A stretch of DNA of 64,000 nucleotides, the filler included, from Barthelona sp. PAP020 (lineage: Eukaryota): NCBI GenBank assembly GCA_040182905.1. It is 18 parts of 18 records of this genome, joined end to end, with 100 filler letters (N's around TTAATTAATTAA, not from the genome) between each part and the next. Parts side by side here need not be neighbours in the genome. Positions count along the whole stretch, not along the records: positions 21,973 to 25,502 come from JARQWU010000735.1; positions 25,603 to 29,123 come from JARQWU010000736.1; positions 29,224 to 32,728 come from JARQWU010000737.1; positions 32,829 to 36,331 come from JARQWU010000738.1; 14 more parts are not named here. One strand, written 5' to 3'. The translations under genes and the position numbers were made by a program. The notes beneath the pieces are model-generated. The model made no database searches and was not told the DNA's origin. It saw only the letters and a list, made by a program, of their open reading frames with translations. The first letter of the stretch is position 1; each line of letters begins with the position of its first letter. Shown in pieces: positions 22,179 to 34,163 of this stretch.

Positions 22179-23412
22179 AACTTCACATTGCATTTTGCAT
22201 TTATACCTCATGATTTCATGTTTCACCTCGCTTCTCAGGTTCCACAACTTGTAAATTTAACACACATTTTCATTTCATCATTTAATGCATTTTCATACTT
22301 TTCTTCAACCACAGAGTCACTTCACATGTAAAAACAATGTAAACCACCCACTAACCCAATAAAACCAAAACAACTAAACAATCAAATGATTTGAGAATTC
22401 AAGACCCCAAACCATTATCCTCTTGTTTTTACGAGGATTTTCCCATTTGAACAAACACCAATTCATTTGAACTCACTCAACAGGAAGCCTTGTTAAACTC
22501 TCAAGTATATCTTATCTTGCCAAACTGATCCCAAAGAATTGACCCTTTACCATCAACGAAGTTCCTTAAAGTGTGGTTTGGTGTTTTCAATTGAACACGA
22601 AACTTTGCATCACCCGCCTGTGATTTTATACTTCAAGTTCACCTTTGAGTTGTTGTTTTCGTTCTTTCAAGAGAAGTTTGGCATTCAAAGAATTGAAGAA
22701 GTTTTGATCAATTAAGCCTCAAAAACATCAAACCAATTGTTTGGTTGTGTTCAACACATTTAACTTTCAGAGAAAAGAAAGGAGAAATCTTATTGCTGTC
22801 ATCTGGGGGAAAGTCTTACCATGAGAAGGAAATAAGCTGTTTACATTCAATTTTGTCAGGCAAGGACAATTTGGGATAAAATTTATGCCCCAGTTCCTTT
22901 CCAAGTTTGAGGTGTCTAACTTTCATTTAAGAAAAAAACATTGTTCAACAGTGTAATCGGGTCTGTAAAGCTTTTAACCAAATAAATGCTATTCTTTCTT
23001 ATTCACTCAACCTTAAAGTGCTTCACGGCCTGTTACTGTAGTTGTGAAACAAGTATATTGGCATTTACAGTGAAAAAAATGGTTGCTACTCATTCAATTT
23101 GTTCAATCAAGAAAAACTTTGTTTGTTGTATTATGACATGGAACACCTGCTGAAGTCAAAAATTACAAGTTTATCCACATAAAGACATATTTTTCAAAGG
23201 AAAAAGCCCTCAAAATATTTATCGGTTTTTGAAATCACAACTTGCGGAAATCAAAAATAAGATTTGTATTAAAACAGTTCTTTTTAGATAAATAACAAAT
23301 ATTGAACACAATACCACACTACTTTATTGAATAATGCAATAAATTGAATTGCAACAGAAAGCTAAAAAAAAAGATGAACAATATTTTTCAACATTTCACA
23401 CTTTTTTTACCC

Positions 23413-25502
23413 ATGTTCACCTTTGAGGAAAACCAAGGGTCACACGAACTAGAACAACGTGCAAAGAAACGCAAAAAAATTGTTAAAGAACCAGAAGAAG
23501 ATGCTTTTGAAAAATTGGATAATTTTTTGAAATCGAATGACATCAATATACCAGGAGGGGAGTTCGAAATAGTAGAAAGAGACTTCAAAATAGGTGGATT
23601 TGGGGTCCTGCATCTTGCTAAAAGACATGGAAAGAAGGTAGTTATCAAAGTATTTGTTGATAAAGTTGAAAAAATCACCAATGATGAACTTACCAGAGAA
23701 TGCTTCCCTATGGTTTTAAATCACCCTTTTATTCGACAAGTCTTTGGAGTTACTGAGATTGAAAATAAAAAGGCTGTTGTTATGGAATATTGTGATGCCG
23801 ATCTAGAGGAAATGATACCAGAGTTGTCTTTGAAGGAGAAGTTGGTTATCATGATGCAGGTTTCCACTGCGCTTGAGTTTTGTCATGGAAAAGGCGTTAT
23901 GCATAGGGATTTGAAGCCTAACAATGTTTTGTTGAGACGTGGAGTAGATGGGGTTTATACGCCTGCCATCGCTGATTTTGGGCTTGTTCGTGATACGAGC
24001 AGGAGTTCGGCAAATTCCATGATGGGTGCTGCGAGATATGCTGCTCCTGAGTTGGCCAATGAAGAGGAGAACATAATAGGGACGGCTGTTGACGCCTGGT
24101 CTTTTGGTGTAATGTTGGCTCAAGTAGTGTCTGGTTTTGTTCCATTTGATGGATTGAGTGAGTTGAAAGTCATAGCAAAATTGATCAAGGGTCAACTTCC
24201 GTATAGCAAGGAATTGTTGGATACAATACCTGGGTTTGGAATCATCAAGAGGTGTTTGAATGTTGATGCAGCTGCCAGGCCAACGTTCAGTGAGATCACC
24301 GAGTATTTACAGATGTTGATTGAGCGTTTCGAGGGGCTGGGATTCGACGAGAAGAGGTTGGTGAAGGAGAATGCTGTGTTGAAAGAGGAAAATAAGATTT
24401 ATGAGGAAAGGGTTCAGAGTTTGACAAGGAAGGTTGATGATTTTAAGACGATAGAAGAGAAATGGATGAATGAAAAACAAGAATTAATCCATGAAAATGG
24501 CGAGTTGAAAGCTAATGAAGAGAAATGGATGAACAAGAACCAAGAATTAACAAATCAAGTCGATCATTTGACAAGCCAATTGAATGAACTTATGAATAAC
24601 AATGAGGGAAAGCAACTTGTTTCAACTGATTTAACTGACCAATTGAATGATCTTATGAACAACAGTGATGGACAACAACCAGCTGAAAACAGAAAGGAAA
24701 TTGCTCAAGCAGTCGAAAGATTTGAAGAAAGGCCTGGGTTTAGTGAAGATTTTCCTGATACATATGTTTGTGCCCTTGATTACAGCCCTGATGGACGCTT
24801 TTTTGCGGTTTCGGGACGTGATAGTAAATTACTCAGAGTCTACAACGCTGAAACACATGAAATTGTGCATGAAGGGGAGTATTTGAACGCTAGTGGTCTC
24901 AATTTCAGTCCAGACTCCAAACTATTGGCTGTTAGTGGTTATGCTTCAGCAATTCATATCATTGAGGTTGATACTTGGAGAACAATAAGAGTGATTAGTG
25001 ATATGGCAGGGATTGTAAAACGTATGTGGTTTTCACCAGATGGCAAATTGCTTTCTTTTGGCATGAGTAGAGGTTACATTGGCATATACACAGTCGAAGG
25101 ACAGAAGTTGCATGAATCTCAAGCTCATGAAAAATATGTTCGATCTGTACGCATCAGCCCAGATATGAAGTACTTTGCTTCTGTTAGCGATGATGGATGT
25201 TCAAAGTTGTTTTTATTGGAGACGTATGAAGAGCTTCACACATGGAGTCATGATGGACAGTGGGTCAGCTCAGGCAACTTCTCACCTGATAGTGCTTATT
25301 GGGCGACAGGTGATGGAGTTGGTACAATCAGAATGTTTGATGTTGAATCTAAAGATTTGGTGGGAAAGTACAAGGTTCATTATAGTTTTGTATACTCAGT
25401 TATCTTCTCCCAAGATGGTTCATTGATCTATTCTGGTTCTAATGACAAATCATTTGCTGTGATTCGAAGAGAAACAGGTCAAGTGTTGCAGAAAGTGAAA
25501 GT
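23413..25502 (+). CDS. Ser/Thr (TKL-like) protein kinase - coiled coil - WD40 fusion
   Basis: GGFG, VVIK, HRDLKPNN, DFG, APE and DAWSFG are intact, followed by heptad repeats and WD40 repeats. The start is supported by the paralog at 29696. Confidence 0.9.
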
Positions 25503-25802
25503 NNNNNNNNNNNNNNNNNNNNNNNNNNNNNNNNNNNNNNNNNNNNTTAATTAATTAANNNNNNNNNNNNNNNNNNNNNNNNNNNNNNNNNNNNNNNNNN
25601 NNAATCTCGCCAAGTCAGTCACAGTTTTGTAAATAGAAAATTCACATACTTTATAAATCAGTTGCTTTTTCATTTCAGACAAATCATGAACATGTTTGGA
25701 AAACCTCTTTTTTTTCTTTTTTTTTTAATTCTCTCCAAACAATTCACATTTATTGATATTTGGAAATTATATCAAAAAACAATGGAAAAATATTTATAAA
25801 AC

Positions 25803-26450
25803 TTAGCAGTTACAACCTGAGGGTTCCACAACATCCTCATTGTCAGACTCAACAATCACATTAGAATTTTCCTGTTTTGAAGTGTAAGGGGCAACATCAC
25901 GATCTAATATCAAATTAACCAAACTGTCAATGGTTTCATTAACGTTTGTGTTCTTTAATGCTGATGTTTCATAATAGGCATCAAATCCGTGGTCATTACA
26001 AAATGTTTGAATATAGGTTTTATCTGGCGCCACACTCTCATTGGAAAGATCAGATTTGGTTGCGATTAATATTGCAGGTATTCTAGAACCATCTGGCAAA
26101 CATGTTTTATCATCTAAATCTTGTTTCCAACGAATAACTGATTCAAAAGTCGAGGATTTAGTAATGTCAAAAGCAATAATTACTCCAACTGCTTCACGAA
26201 AATAAACAGATAACAATCTCGAAGTCTTTTCTTGACCAGCTAAATCCCACATTTGCAATTTCACAATTGCATTCCTTTCAGGAATTACCAATTCTTTATG
26301 CCCAAAATCTAAACAAATTGTTGCTTTGTAGTCATCAATAAATGAATCATGACAATATCTCCTTACAAAACATGTTTTTCCAACACTTGAGTCACCCAAT
26401 ATTAAAACTTTAAATAAATATTGAGAAACTGAACCGTCTCGATCCTGCAT
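25803..26450 (-). CDS. RAB32: Rab32/38-family GTPase
   Basis: FKVLILGDSSVGKT, WDLAGQE, WKQDLDDKTCLPDGSRIP and a C-terminal CNC prenylation site. Confidence 0.85.
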   Translation of the reverse strand: MQDRDGSVSQYLFKVLILGDSSVGKTCFVRRYCHDSFIDDYKATICLDFGHKELVIPERNAIVKLQMWDLAGQEKTSRLLSVYFREAVGVIIAFDITKSSTFESVIRWKQDLDDKTCLPDGSRIPAILIATKSDLSNESVAPDKTYIQTFCNDHGFDAYYETSALKNTNVNETIDSLVNLILDRDVAPYTSKQENSNVIVESDNEDVVEPSGCNC

Positions 26451-26760
26451 TAACAAAAAATATGAAAATAGGTTTTCTTTTGAGTTCTTGTTCCTTTTTC
26501 AATTTCAAAGTTTGAGCTAAAAATTGAAGAAATAAACAAATAACGTATTTTCTTTGTCATGACAATTTTTACAACCAAATAAAAATGTTAAAAAAAAAGA
26601 TCAATATTTAAATATTTTGAAAACCGCAACAAATGAAAATTTCAGAAGGAAAAAATTGTTTCATTGGAGAGATAATTTCATCTCATCCCAAAAAAATTGA
26701 CAAATATGAGAATTTTCAAACTTAAAAAAAAAATTCTTATTAAAATTTTACATAAATAGA

Positions 26761-27434
26761 CTATAAATGGGAAATCATAGTTGTAGGAACAACTGTATGA
26801 ATATTATATTTTGTGTTTAAAATGCTTCTTTTATAAAAGGCATAATGATCACAAACTTTATTCGTTAGATCATTGGCAGTTTTATCTACACTAGTATTTG
26901 TGTTATTTAAAACAATATCCCATTCATGACTATCATAAAAATCGCAAGTTGTTTCCATCCAAGAACGTAAATGTTCATTATATTGTTTTCTGTGAGGTTC
27001 TTTAATAACACGGTTTGAAATACGTTGCCAAAGTGTATCCCTATCACATTTAAGATTGACAGTGACAATATTAATATTACATTTTTCTTTTAACTCGGCA
27101 ATTTGCATATCAATGACAGGTTTTAATAATTGACCATGAGGAGCATAAAATTCAGCAGAATATGGAGACCTATCGGCAAAATAGATTGCATTTTCAGCAC
27201 AATCTTTTTTGATTTCCAATAATCTCAAGAACCAATTTGAAACCCATGCAAACTCCATCGTTAATGTTTGTGGATGCAAACAAGTTTCAGGCATATTCAT
27301 AAAACCTTCATCAAGAATCTGAAAACCAAGAGAACTGAGATTGGAACATAATGAGGACTTTCCACAACCTAAATGTTAACATATAATCAAAAGATTTCAA
27401 TACCATGACAACCTTCAAGACAAATAACCAACAT
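26761..27434 (-). CDS. P-loop nucleoside/nucleotide kinase-like protein, two exons (intron 27369-27403)
   Basis: Splicing a 35-nt GT-AG intron restores MLVICLEGCHGCGKSSL (Walker A). The FADRSPYS motif is present. Confidence 0.82.
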
Positions 27435-27935
27435 TTAAATATAAAAAAAAGAAAATGGGAAACAAAAATCCAAAATGAAAAGTAACGTTTTTACAAAAAT
27501 TCGCAATTTGATTAAAATTTATTCTTCAACTTCACAAAATACTTTTTGTGATATGTTTAAAGTAAAATAAAGAAAATTAGAATGATGAAGAACAAAGAAT
27601 GTGGGAACATTTCACAAACTCTCTGTGAATAATAAAGAAATACAGGCAATGGTTCTTAACTATTTGTCACCATACATTAAAATTGTTTCTTTATTGGGAA
27701 TAAAGTTCCACAAAAAGTTCGATAATATTCTTCAAAATGTTCAACAGTTAATTCGTTTATATTTTTAAATACCAAATAAGATTTAAACTGACAACATTCC
27801 AAAATATCAATTTGATTGTCTGGCAAAAATATCCATCTCAAACTGATTTTTTATTCAATGAAGTATTCAAGTGGTTGATAATATGTTGAAAAACATCCCT
27901 TTTGCAATAAATATCTTTTTTTTTTTTTAATTTAG

Positions 27936-28502
27936 ATGGGAGTTTTTGATTGGTTTTTTCGAGTTTTGAATAGACTTGGTTTATGGAAAAAGACGGCAAA
28001 TATTTTATTTCTTGGTATTCAAAATGCAGGAAAAACAACACTTTTGCATCTTTTGAAAACTGGAGCCATTAAGAAATTTGATCCAACGGATACTGTAGCT
28101 TCTGAACATTTCAGTCTGGGTTCAATTAACTTCCGTGTGCATGACATTGGTGGTCAAACTCAATTGCGTGAATTATGGGAAGAATATTATCCTTCTTCCG
28201 ATGCTATTGTTTTTATTGTAGATGCTGCTGATTCTAGGTTGTTGGAAGCAGCTGTTTCTGAACTTCAAAAATTGTTGACTAATCCTGAACTGGCTGGAAA
28301 ACCAGTTTTAGTTTTTGGAAATAAGGTGGATCGAATGGATGTTGCTCTCAATCATGATCAATTATTGGATGCTTTAAATATCAGATATCAACTTAACGAT
28401 AATCCTGAGAATGGCAGACCTTTGCAATTATTCATGACTTCATTTATTAATAAACAGGGATATGGTGATGGTTTCAGATGGTTATCTGAGCATTTGGAAT
28501 AA
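27936..28502 (+). CDS. SAR1: Sar1 GTPase (COPII)
   Basis: FDWF...LGLWKK amphipathic helix, NAGKTTLLHLLK, GNKVD and GYGDGFRWLS. Confidence 0.88.
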   Translation: MGVFDWFFRVLNRLGLWKKTANILFLGIQNAGKTTLLHLLKTGAIKKFDPTDTVASEHFSLGSINFRVHDIGGQTQLRELWEEYYPSSDAIVFIVDAADSRLLEAAVSELQKLLTNPELAGKPVLVFGNKVDRMDVALNHDQLLDALNIRYQLNDNPENGRPLQLFMTSFINKQGYGDGFRWLSEHLE

Positions 28503-28803
28503 TTTATATAAAGAAAAAACAAAACGATATTTTCCTTTTTATTTTTATTTACTAATGATAAAAAACAACATTTAACATTAAAGGATTTGTATTTGAAGTA
28601 ATTTATTAACAATAGAGGCCAAACTTTTGTTTTGAGTAATTGAAAACCCGAATTCTTAATAATGAATAATTACCCTTTCCTTCTTTTTAAAATATCCCAA
28701 TTGAAAACAAAAAATAATTAATGTATCAATTTTACCCGTAAAAAGAAATGATTCGCAAAAAATAAGCTAGTTTATTAATCCACGCCAAAAGATGAAAATT
28801 CAA

Positions 28804-29123
28804 CTACTTGCGAGGCTTGTAATTTTCATCGCGAACAAAAGGAACAAAAGTGATTGGATTACCATCCTCATCAAGTAAATAAGGTTGTAAATATTTTGGG
28901 ATCTTTACACCATCCTTCGTTTGATAATTTTCAACAATACAACAAATAGCTCTTGTTGTTGCAACTAAAGTTGAGTTTAACATGTGAACATATTTGGTTT
29001 CATTATTAGTTTTGGAAGCTCCATAACGAATTTGAAGAGAACGAGATTGATAATCAGTACAATTGGAACAAGAGACCATTTCACGATATTCTCCACTGGC
29101 AGGGAAAAAAGCCTCCAAATCAT
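28804..29123 (-). CDS. SARS: Seryl-tRNA synthetase, 3' partial
   Basis: EAFFPASGEYREMVSCSNCTDYQSR, HMLNSTL and ENYQT. Confidence 0.95.
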
Positions 29124-29223
29124 NNNNNNNNNNNNNNNNNNNNNNNNNNNNNNNNNNNNNNNNNNNNTTAATTAATTAANNNNNNNNNNNNNNNNNNNNN
29201 NNNNNNNNNNNNNNNNNNNNNNN

Positions 29224-29696
29224 CCTTTTCCATGACAAAACTCAAGCGCAGTGGAAACCTGCATCATGATGACCAACTTTTCCTTCAAAGACAACTCTGG
29301 TATCATTTCCTCCAGATCGGCATCACAATATTCCATAACAATACCTTTCTTCCCATCAATCTCAGTAATTCCAAAGACTTGTCGAATGAATTGATGATTT
29401 AGAACAATAGGAAAACATTCCTTGGTAAGTTCAACATCAGTAACATTTTCAATAAAGAATTTTATAACAACAAGCTTTTCATATCTCTTGCCAAGATGCA
29501 AGAAGCCAAAACCACCCATTTTGAAATTAAATTTAACTATTTCAAACTCGCTTCCAGGTATATTGATGTCATTCGATTTCAAAAAATTATCCAACCTGTC
29601 AAAAGCATCTTCTTCTGGTTCTTTAACAATTTTTCTACGTTTCTTTGTACGTTGTTCTAGTTCGTGTGATCCTTGGTTTTCTTCGAAGGTGAACAT
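29224..29696 (-). CDS. Kinase(-WD40) family paralog, 5' partial
   Basis: Shares MFTFEENQGSHELEQR...MEYCDADLEEMIPELSLKEK with the 23413 gene. The upstream regions are also homologous. Confidence 0.88.
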
Positions 29697-30057
29697 GCTC
29701 AAAAAGAGAATGTGAAATATTCTTTTTTGACTTTCTGCAATATTTCAGTTTATCATCTCATTCAAAAACATAGTTCATCATTTTGCTGTACATTGGTTAT
29801 TTATCTTAAAAGAACTATTTTAAAAGAGATTTCATTTTTGATTTACAAAAGGTGTGATTTCAAAAACCGCTGAATTTATAAATATTGATACCGCTTCAGA
29901 TATAATTTATGCATTTTTCCTTTGAAAAACTTGTTTTCATTGTGAGCAAACTCAAATGCTTGACTTTTATTTGAGTTCCATAACGAAATACAACATATAC
30001 GCTTTTTCTTGATTGAATATTGTCAATAACAACAGTTATTGATTTTCTCTACTAAAA

Positions 30058-30340
30058 AATTTTGTTCCAGTGGTGAAACAACTATATTTGTTTTCAGATA
30101 AATTAATCTCAAAAGGCTCATTCAATCAAATTTTAGCAAAACTCACAAGAGTGGAGGGGAATTGACGGGCCAAAATTTAATTTTGACGATCAATTTAAAA
30201 ATTTCGGAGAATCTTTCACACCTCTGTTTTTGTATTTAGCAAAAATCAATTTTTAAAGTTCTTTACCTTCACTTTTGAAAAATTAAAAGTTTCAAAAGAT
30301 CAAAGAGGCCTCGAAATCCTTTAACAAAAGAAACCCTAAT
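30058..30340 (+). repeat. Dispersed repeat family B copy
   Basis: Similar to 51468-51745 and 44183-44340 (gtgaaacaactatattt; gatcaa.gggcctc.aaa..cc.ttaac). Confidence 0.65.
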
Positions 30341-30492
30341 CTTTCTTATCCACAAGGCACAGTTCTTCAAAGTCTGGAAAGAATAGTCATTCAAAATATT
30401 AAAGAAATGATGCAAGCAAGAAATAAAAGACAAATTACTTTATAGATTGCTAAAATACACACAATTCAAAGATTTAACCAATAACACAACTT

Positions 30493-31830
30493 TTATTTTT
30501 TATTTTGCTCTTCTCTTGTTTTTCTTAGTTGTTCCAATTGTTCCCTAATATCTGGATCATCCATGTCAAATCCTAATTCTTGCAAATTAGTAATCAGTTC
30601 ATCATCATTTTGAGATTGAATGACAGAATCTTGTGAAGTTTGTTGATCTTGTTGATCTTGGTTTTGTTCTTCTTCCTCATGAGTTGATTCTTCATCTCGC
30701 ATCGAAATAGCAATAGCAATGTTTGTTCTCTCTTCTTCGGTTAAATCAGGGTTCATGAATAATTCCTGCAATTCATCAAGAGAAAGCACGGCAAGATCAT
30801 CCAAATTTAACTCTTCTTCTTCTTCTTCATTCGTATTATCAGTCTCATTCTCCATCATCGACAATAATTGCACAATATATAAGCGTTCAGCATCAGAAAT
30901 GTCATCATTACAAAGCAAAGTCTCAAGTTCATATGCAACCATTTCGTGAACATTAAATCCACGTTGCAACAATTGATTTTCAGCTTCGACAAGAGCTTCT
31001 TCATCGTTTTCAGATGCATTAGATTCAATCTGATCATTACCCAAATCTTGTTCAACATTTGGTGGTTCTTGATCAGCCAATGACCTTTGAATAGCCATTT
31101 GAATCATTTCATCTTCAGTCATACCATCTGGGAATCCACCCCAACCTGCTGGAATATCGTTTCTGCTCGCTTCTATTGCAGCTGCAATATTTGGATCAAT
31201 AGCAGCAACTTGACCATTGCTCACAAAAGCGTGACGAATTTGATCAACCATGGGGGCTTTTCTAGGTTCTCTAAGAATAATGAAAGAAGATTCAATCTCA
31301 GTGTCTTCAGGCTTAGTAATATCCATAATTTTTTCGCAAATTGGTAAATTTTGGTCAAAATGGGAAAATAAAATAATATCTACTGCAATATTTTCTTCTT
31401 TCATTTCAACCGCTAATTCTTCATATTTTTCAACTTCTTCATACATAGGTGAACCAACAAAAATAATAATTCTTTTCTTTTGTGTTTCATCAGGTCGATT
31501 TCTTAAAACCAATATACTTTTTCTTAATGCATTTGTAAAAGAATAATCATTATCAAACACAACAGTCTTTAATGCAGCAAATAGATAAGTTAAATTATTT
31601 GAAACTGGATATATAACTTTGCCAAAATCTGAATTAGATATAATTGCCACTCCAGCTTCTCTATGACTATCTATTTTTTTAGATATTAAACTAAATGCAC
31701 TTTGATACTGAGATTCCATACGAGATGGATAAAAATCTGTATTTCTCATAAAATCACTACAATCGAGTCTAAAACATTAGAAAATGTACTATAAAGATCA
31801 TTACAATGTTACAACAGCTTCCTTTGACAT
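30493..31830 (-). CDS. RPN10: 26S proteasome ubiquitin receptor Rpn10, two exons (intron 31769-31804)
   Basis: Spliced start MSKEAVVTLLDCSDFMRNTDFYPSR, a vWA domain (RIIIFVGSP) and UIMs (EDEMIQMAIQRSL). Confidence 0.9.
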
Positions 31831-32251
31831 CCTTTAATGCAATAAAGTGGTCAAAAACTTGATAATGTAATTTAGATTGTTCTCTCTTTTGCTGTAGATT
31901 AATGAATTTTCTTCCATAATTTTGAGAAATATGACATAAAAAATATAAAATGATATTTACCTTCAATTATTATCAAAAAAAAATGAGACCACAAAAAAAA
32001 ATGTAATTTTTTGTTACAACTTTGATCAAATCATATTTAACCATCAAAAAATAAGATATGAAAATGAAAATACCAAATTAGGAAAAACTTAAGAAATAAC
32101 TCAAAAATGGTCAAAAGAAAGAAACAGTGTTGAAATTCTTCAAAGTTTCTGTATCAAAACAAATATAAAATATATACTAAATGACTAAAGAAGACAAAAG
32201 ATGAAAATATGGAAAACAAAAATCAATTAAATTTTTTTGGACAATGGATTG

Positions 32252-32728
32252 ATGTTGAAGAATTATTTAGGGAATTATTACACAAATCACCATTCATACA
32301 AACCTTATCAAACAGATGGAAATTATAGGCCACCTCCTCAATATCCATTTTATCCATTCAATCATGAAACAAATTATAATCAACAAAGATACAATCAAAT
32401 GCCACTTGGACAGATTCCAAGGCCACATGCGGCACCAATGATGAATCCAATACCATATTCAATGAATAGAAAACCCAAAAATTTTCAATATCAATATCCT
32501 AGAAGACCGAGACCAGGAACTCCAGCCGGTATTATGGGTCCTCAGTATGTTCCACCGCCTCAAATGCCGATGCGAAGAAAGAACAATCTTACCATCACAT
32601 CTGGATATCAACCTGAATCTCAAAGAGATAATGAAGCTCGAAAACAAAGACAAATAACTGATATTGATACGAAGATACAACAAATTAATGATCGTTTGAT
32701 TTCTTTAGAAGAAGAAAAAACCAACATG
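32252..32728 (+). CDS. Pro/Tyr/Gln-rich hypothetical protein, 5' partial
   Basis: Low-complexity ORF followed by a coiled coil, running into the linker. Confidence 0.55.
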
Positions 32729-32828
32729 NNNNNNNNNNNNNNNNNNNNNNNNNNNNNNNNNNNNNNNNNNNNTTAATTAATTAANNNNNNNNNNNNNNNN
32801 NNNNNNNNNNNNNNNNNNNNNNNNNNNN

Positions 32829-33147
32829 GATCATCCAAATTATCTCTACGTTCTATTTGTTTAGTTACTATTTTTTGATTTTTTTCAATGTTATTAACAT
32901 TTTGTTGAATCCTTTGAGCTTCTCCTTTGACGTTTTGCAATTGTTCTCGTAATTGGCCGATATAATAATTTTGATCAAGAACTGTTCGTTTTCCTCCAGT
33001 AGTTTGTAATCCAGAAATACCATGTTGGGATCCAGTGATTGGACGGTCTGTTACATTCACTTGGTTGGATCCCGTCATGACAGCTGCTTTGGTGACCATT
33101 CTAGAAGAACTAGTTGGTCTCAAACCAACTTGCAATGCCATTGACAT
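32829..33147 (-). CDS. IFT74: Intraflagellar transport protein 74, 5' partial
   Basis: VTDRPITGSQHGISGLQT...RTVLDQNYYIGQLR matches the IFT74 N-terminal pattern. Confidence 0.8.
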
Positions 33148-33412
33148 CTTTCTTTGTTCAAAAAATTTAAAGTGTTTTTTTTCATTCATTCATTTTTATT
33201 GCTCATTACTTTCCATGAATTATTCATGATTTTGTTATGATGAATATATGATATTAACAGCCAATGTATGTTAAATTGATTTCGTTTCAAAAAAAAACAA
33301 AGAAAATTGCAGCATTTTATTTATTGTGTAGTTTTGTAAGGAATGAATATTTGTGAAAATTTATTTTCATTATGATATTATCAGTTCCTTCAGAGTCTTT
33401 TGCAATAATGTT

Positions 33413-33862
33413 TTATTTCATTCCAATTGCATTTCCCATTGTGTGTTCTCTTGCAGTTTTAAAAAACTCTTCAGGGTTTTCAACTAATTGCTGAGAAATT
33501 TCAGGAACTAATGGGTCGTTGGTGTTTGGTTTTTGAAGCAAGACAATTATTGATCTTATTATTGCTTCAATACGGAGGACTGGTGACCACCGATCTTTCA
33601 ACAAATCTAGACATATTCTGCCCAGATGATCTATATTTGGATGATATATATCTGTTACAAATAGGAATTCTGGTGGCACGAAAGGATATTGTTGAGGCAA
33701 AAAACAATCCAATATAAACTCTCCTTGATAATAAGGTGTATCTTCTGGTCCTTTTAACACAAATCGTAAATATCTATAATTGTTTTCTTCTGGAAAAGAT
33801 GTTTGAAATTCGTCAAGTTGCATCAAACTTCTAATTTCTTGTTGTATTCTGATATCAACCAT
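33413..33862 (-). CDS. Ubiquitin-conjugating enzyme E2 (Ubc13/UBE2N-like)
   Basis: IYHPNIDHLGRICLDLLKDRWSP with the active-site Cys. Confidence 0.9.
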   Translation of the reverse strand: MVDIRIQQEIRSLMQLDEFQTSFPEENNYRYLRFVLKGPEDTPYYQGEFILDCFLPQQYPFVPPEFLFVTDIYHPNIDHLGRICLDLLKDRWSPVLRIEAIIRSIIVLLQKPNTNDPLVPEISQQLVENPEEFFKTAREHTMGNAIGMK

Positions 33863-34163
33863 TGATTTTGCTCAAGTAAAATAAATAAATGATCATTCTA
33901 CATTATGGGTCTACACTACCAGCAATGAAATCATTTTATTTTTTCATCATCAAAAGAGACTCCTCATTAATAAATTCGAAAAAACTTATCAAAACAAGAT
34001 GTCAAAAGAGACAAACCTAAAAGAAACAACCGATTTCAAAACAACCCATAAACTCAGATCAAACAGAATAGAACACTATTTTATTGTTTGAAACAAATAA
34101 TACATGTTTGTTTATAGGATTTAGAACTTTTTATTCTATGTCAAAAAAAAAAAAGACTAAAAT

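Noticed and set aside
22390..22715. Semi-open reading frame in the spacer of the circular contig (possible rep/mobility gene)
   Set aside because: Interrupted by stops, with no start codon and no recognisable motif.
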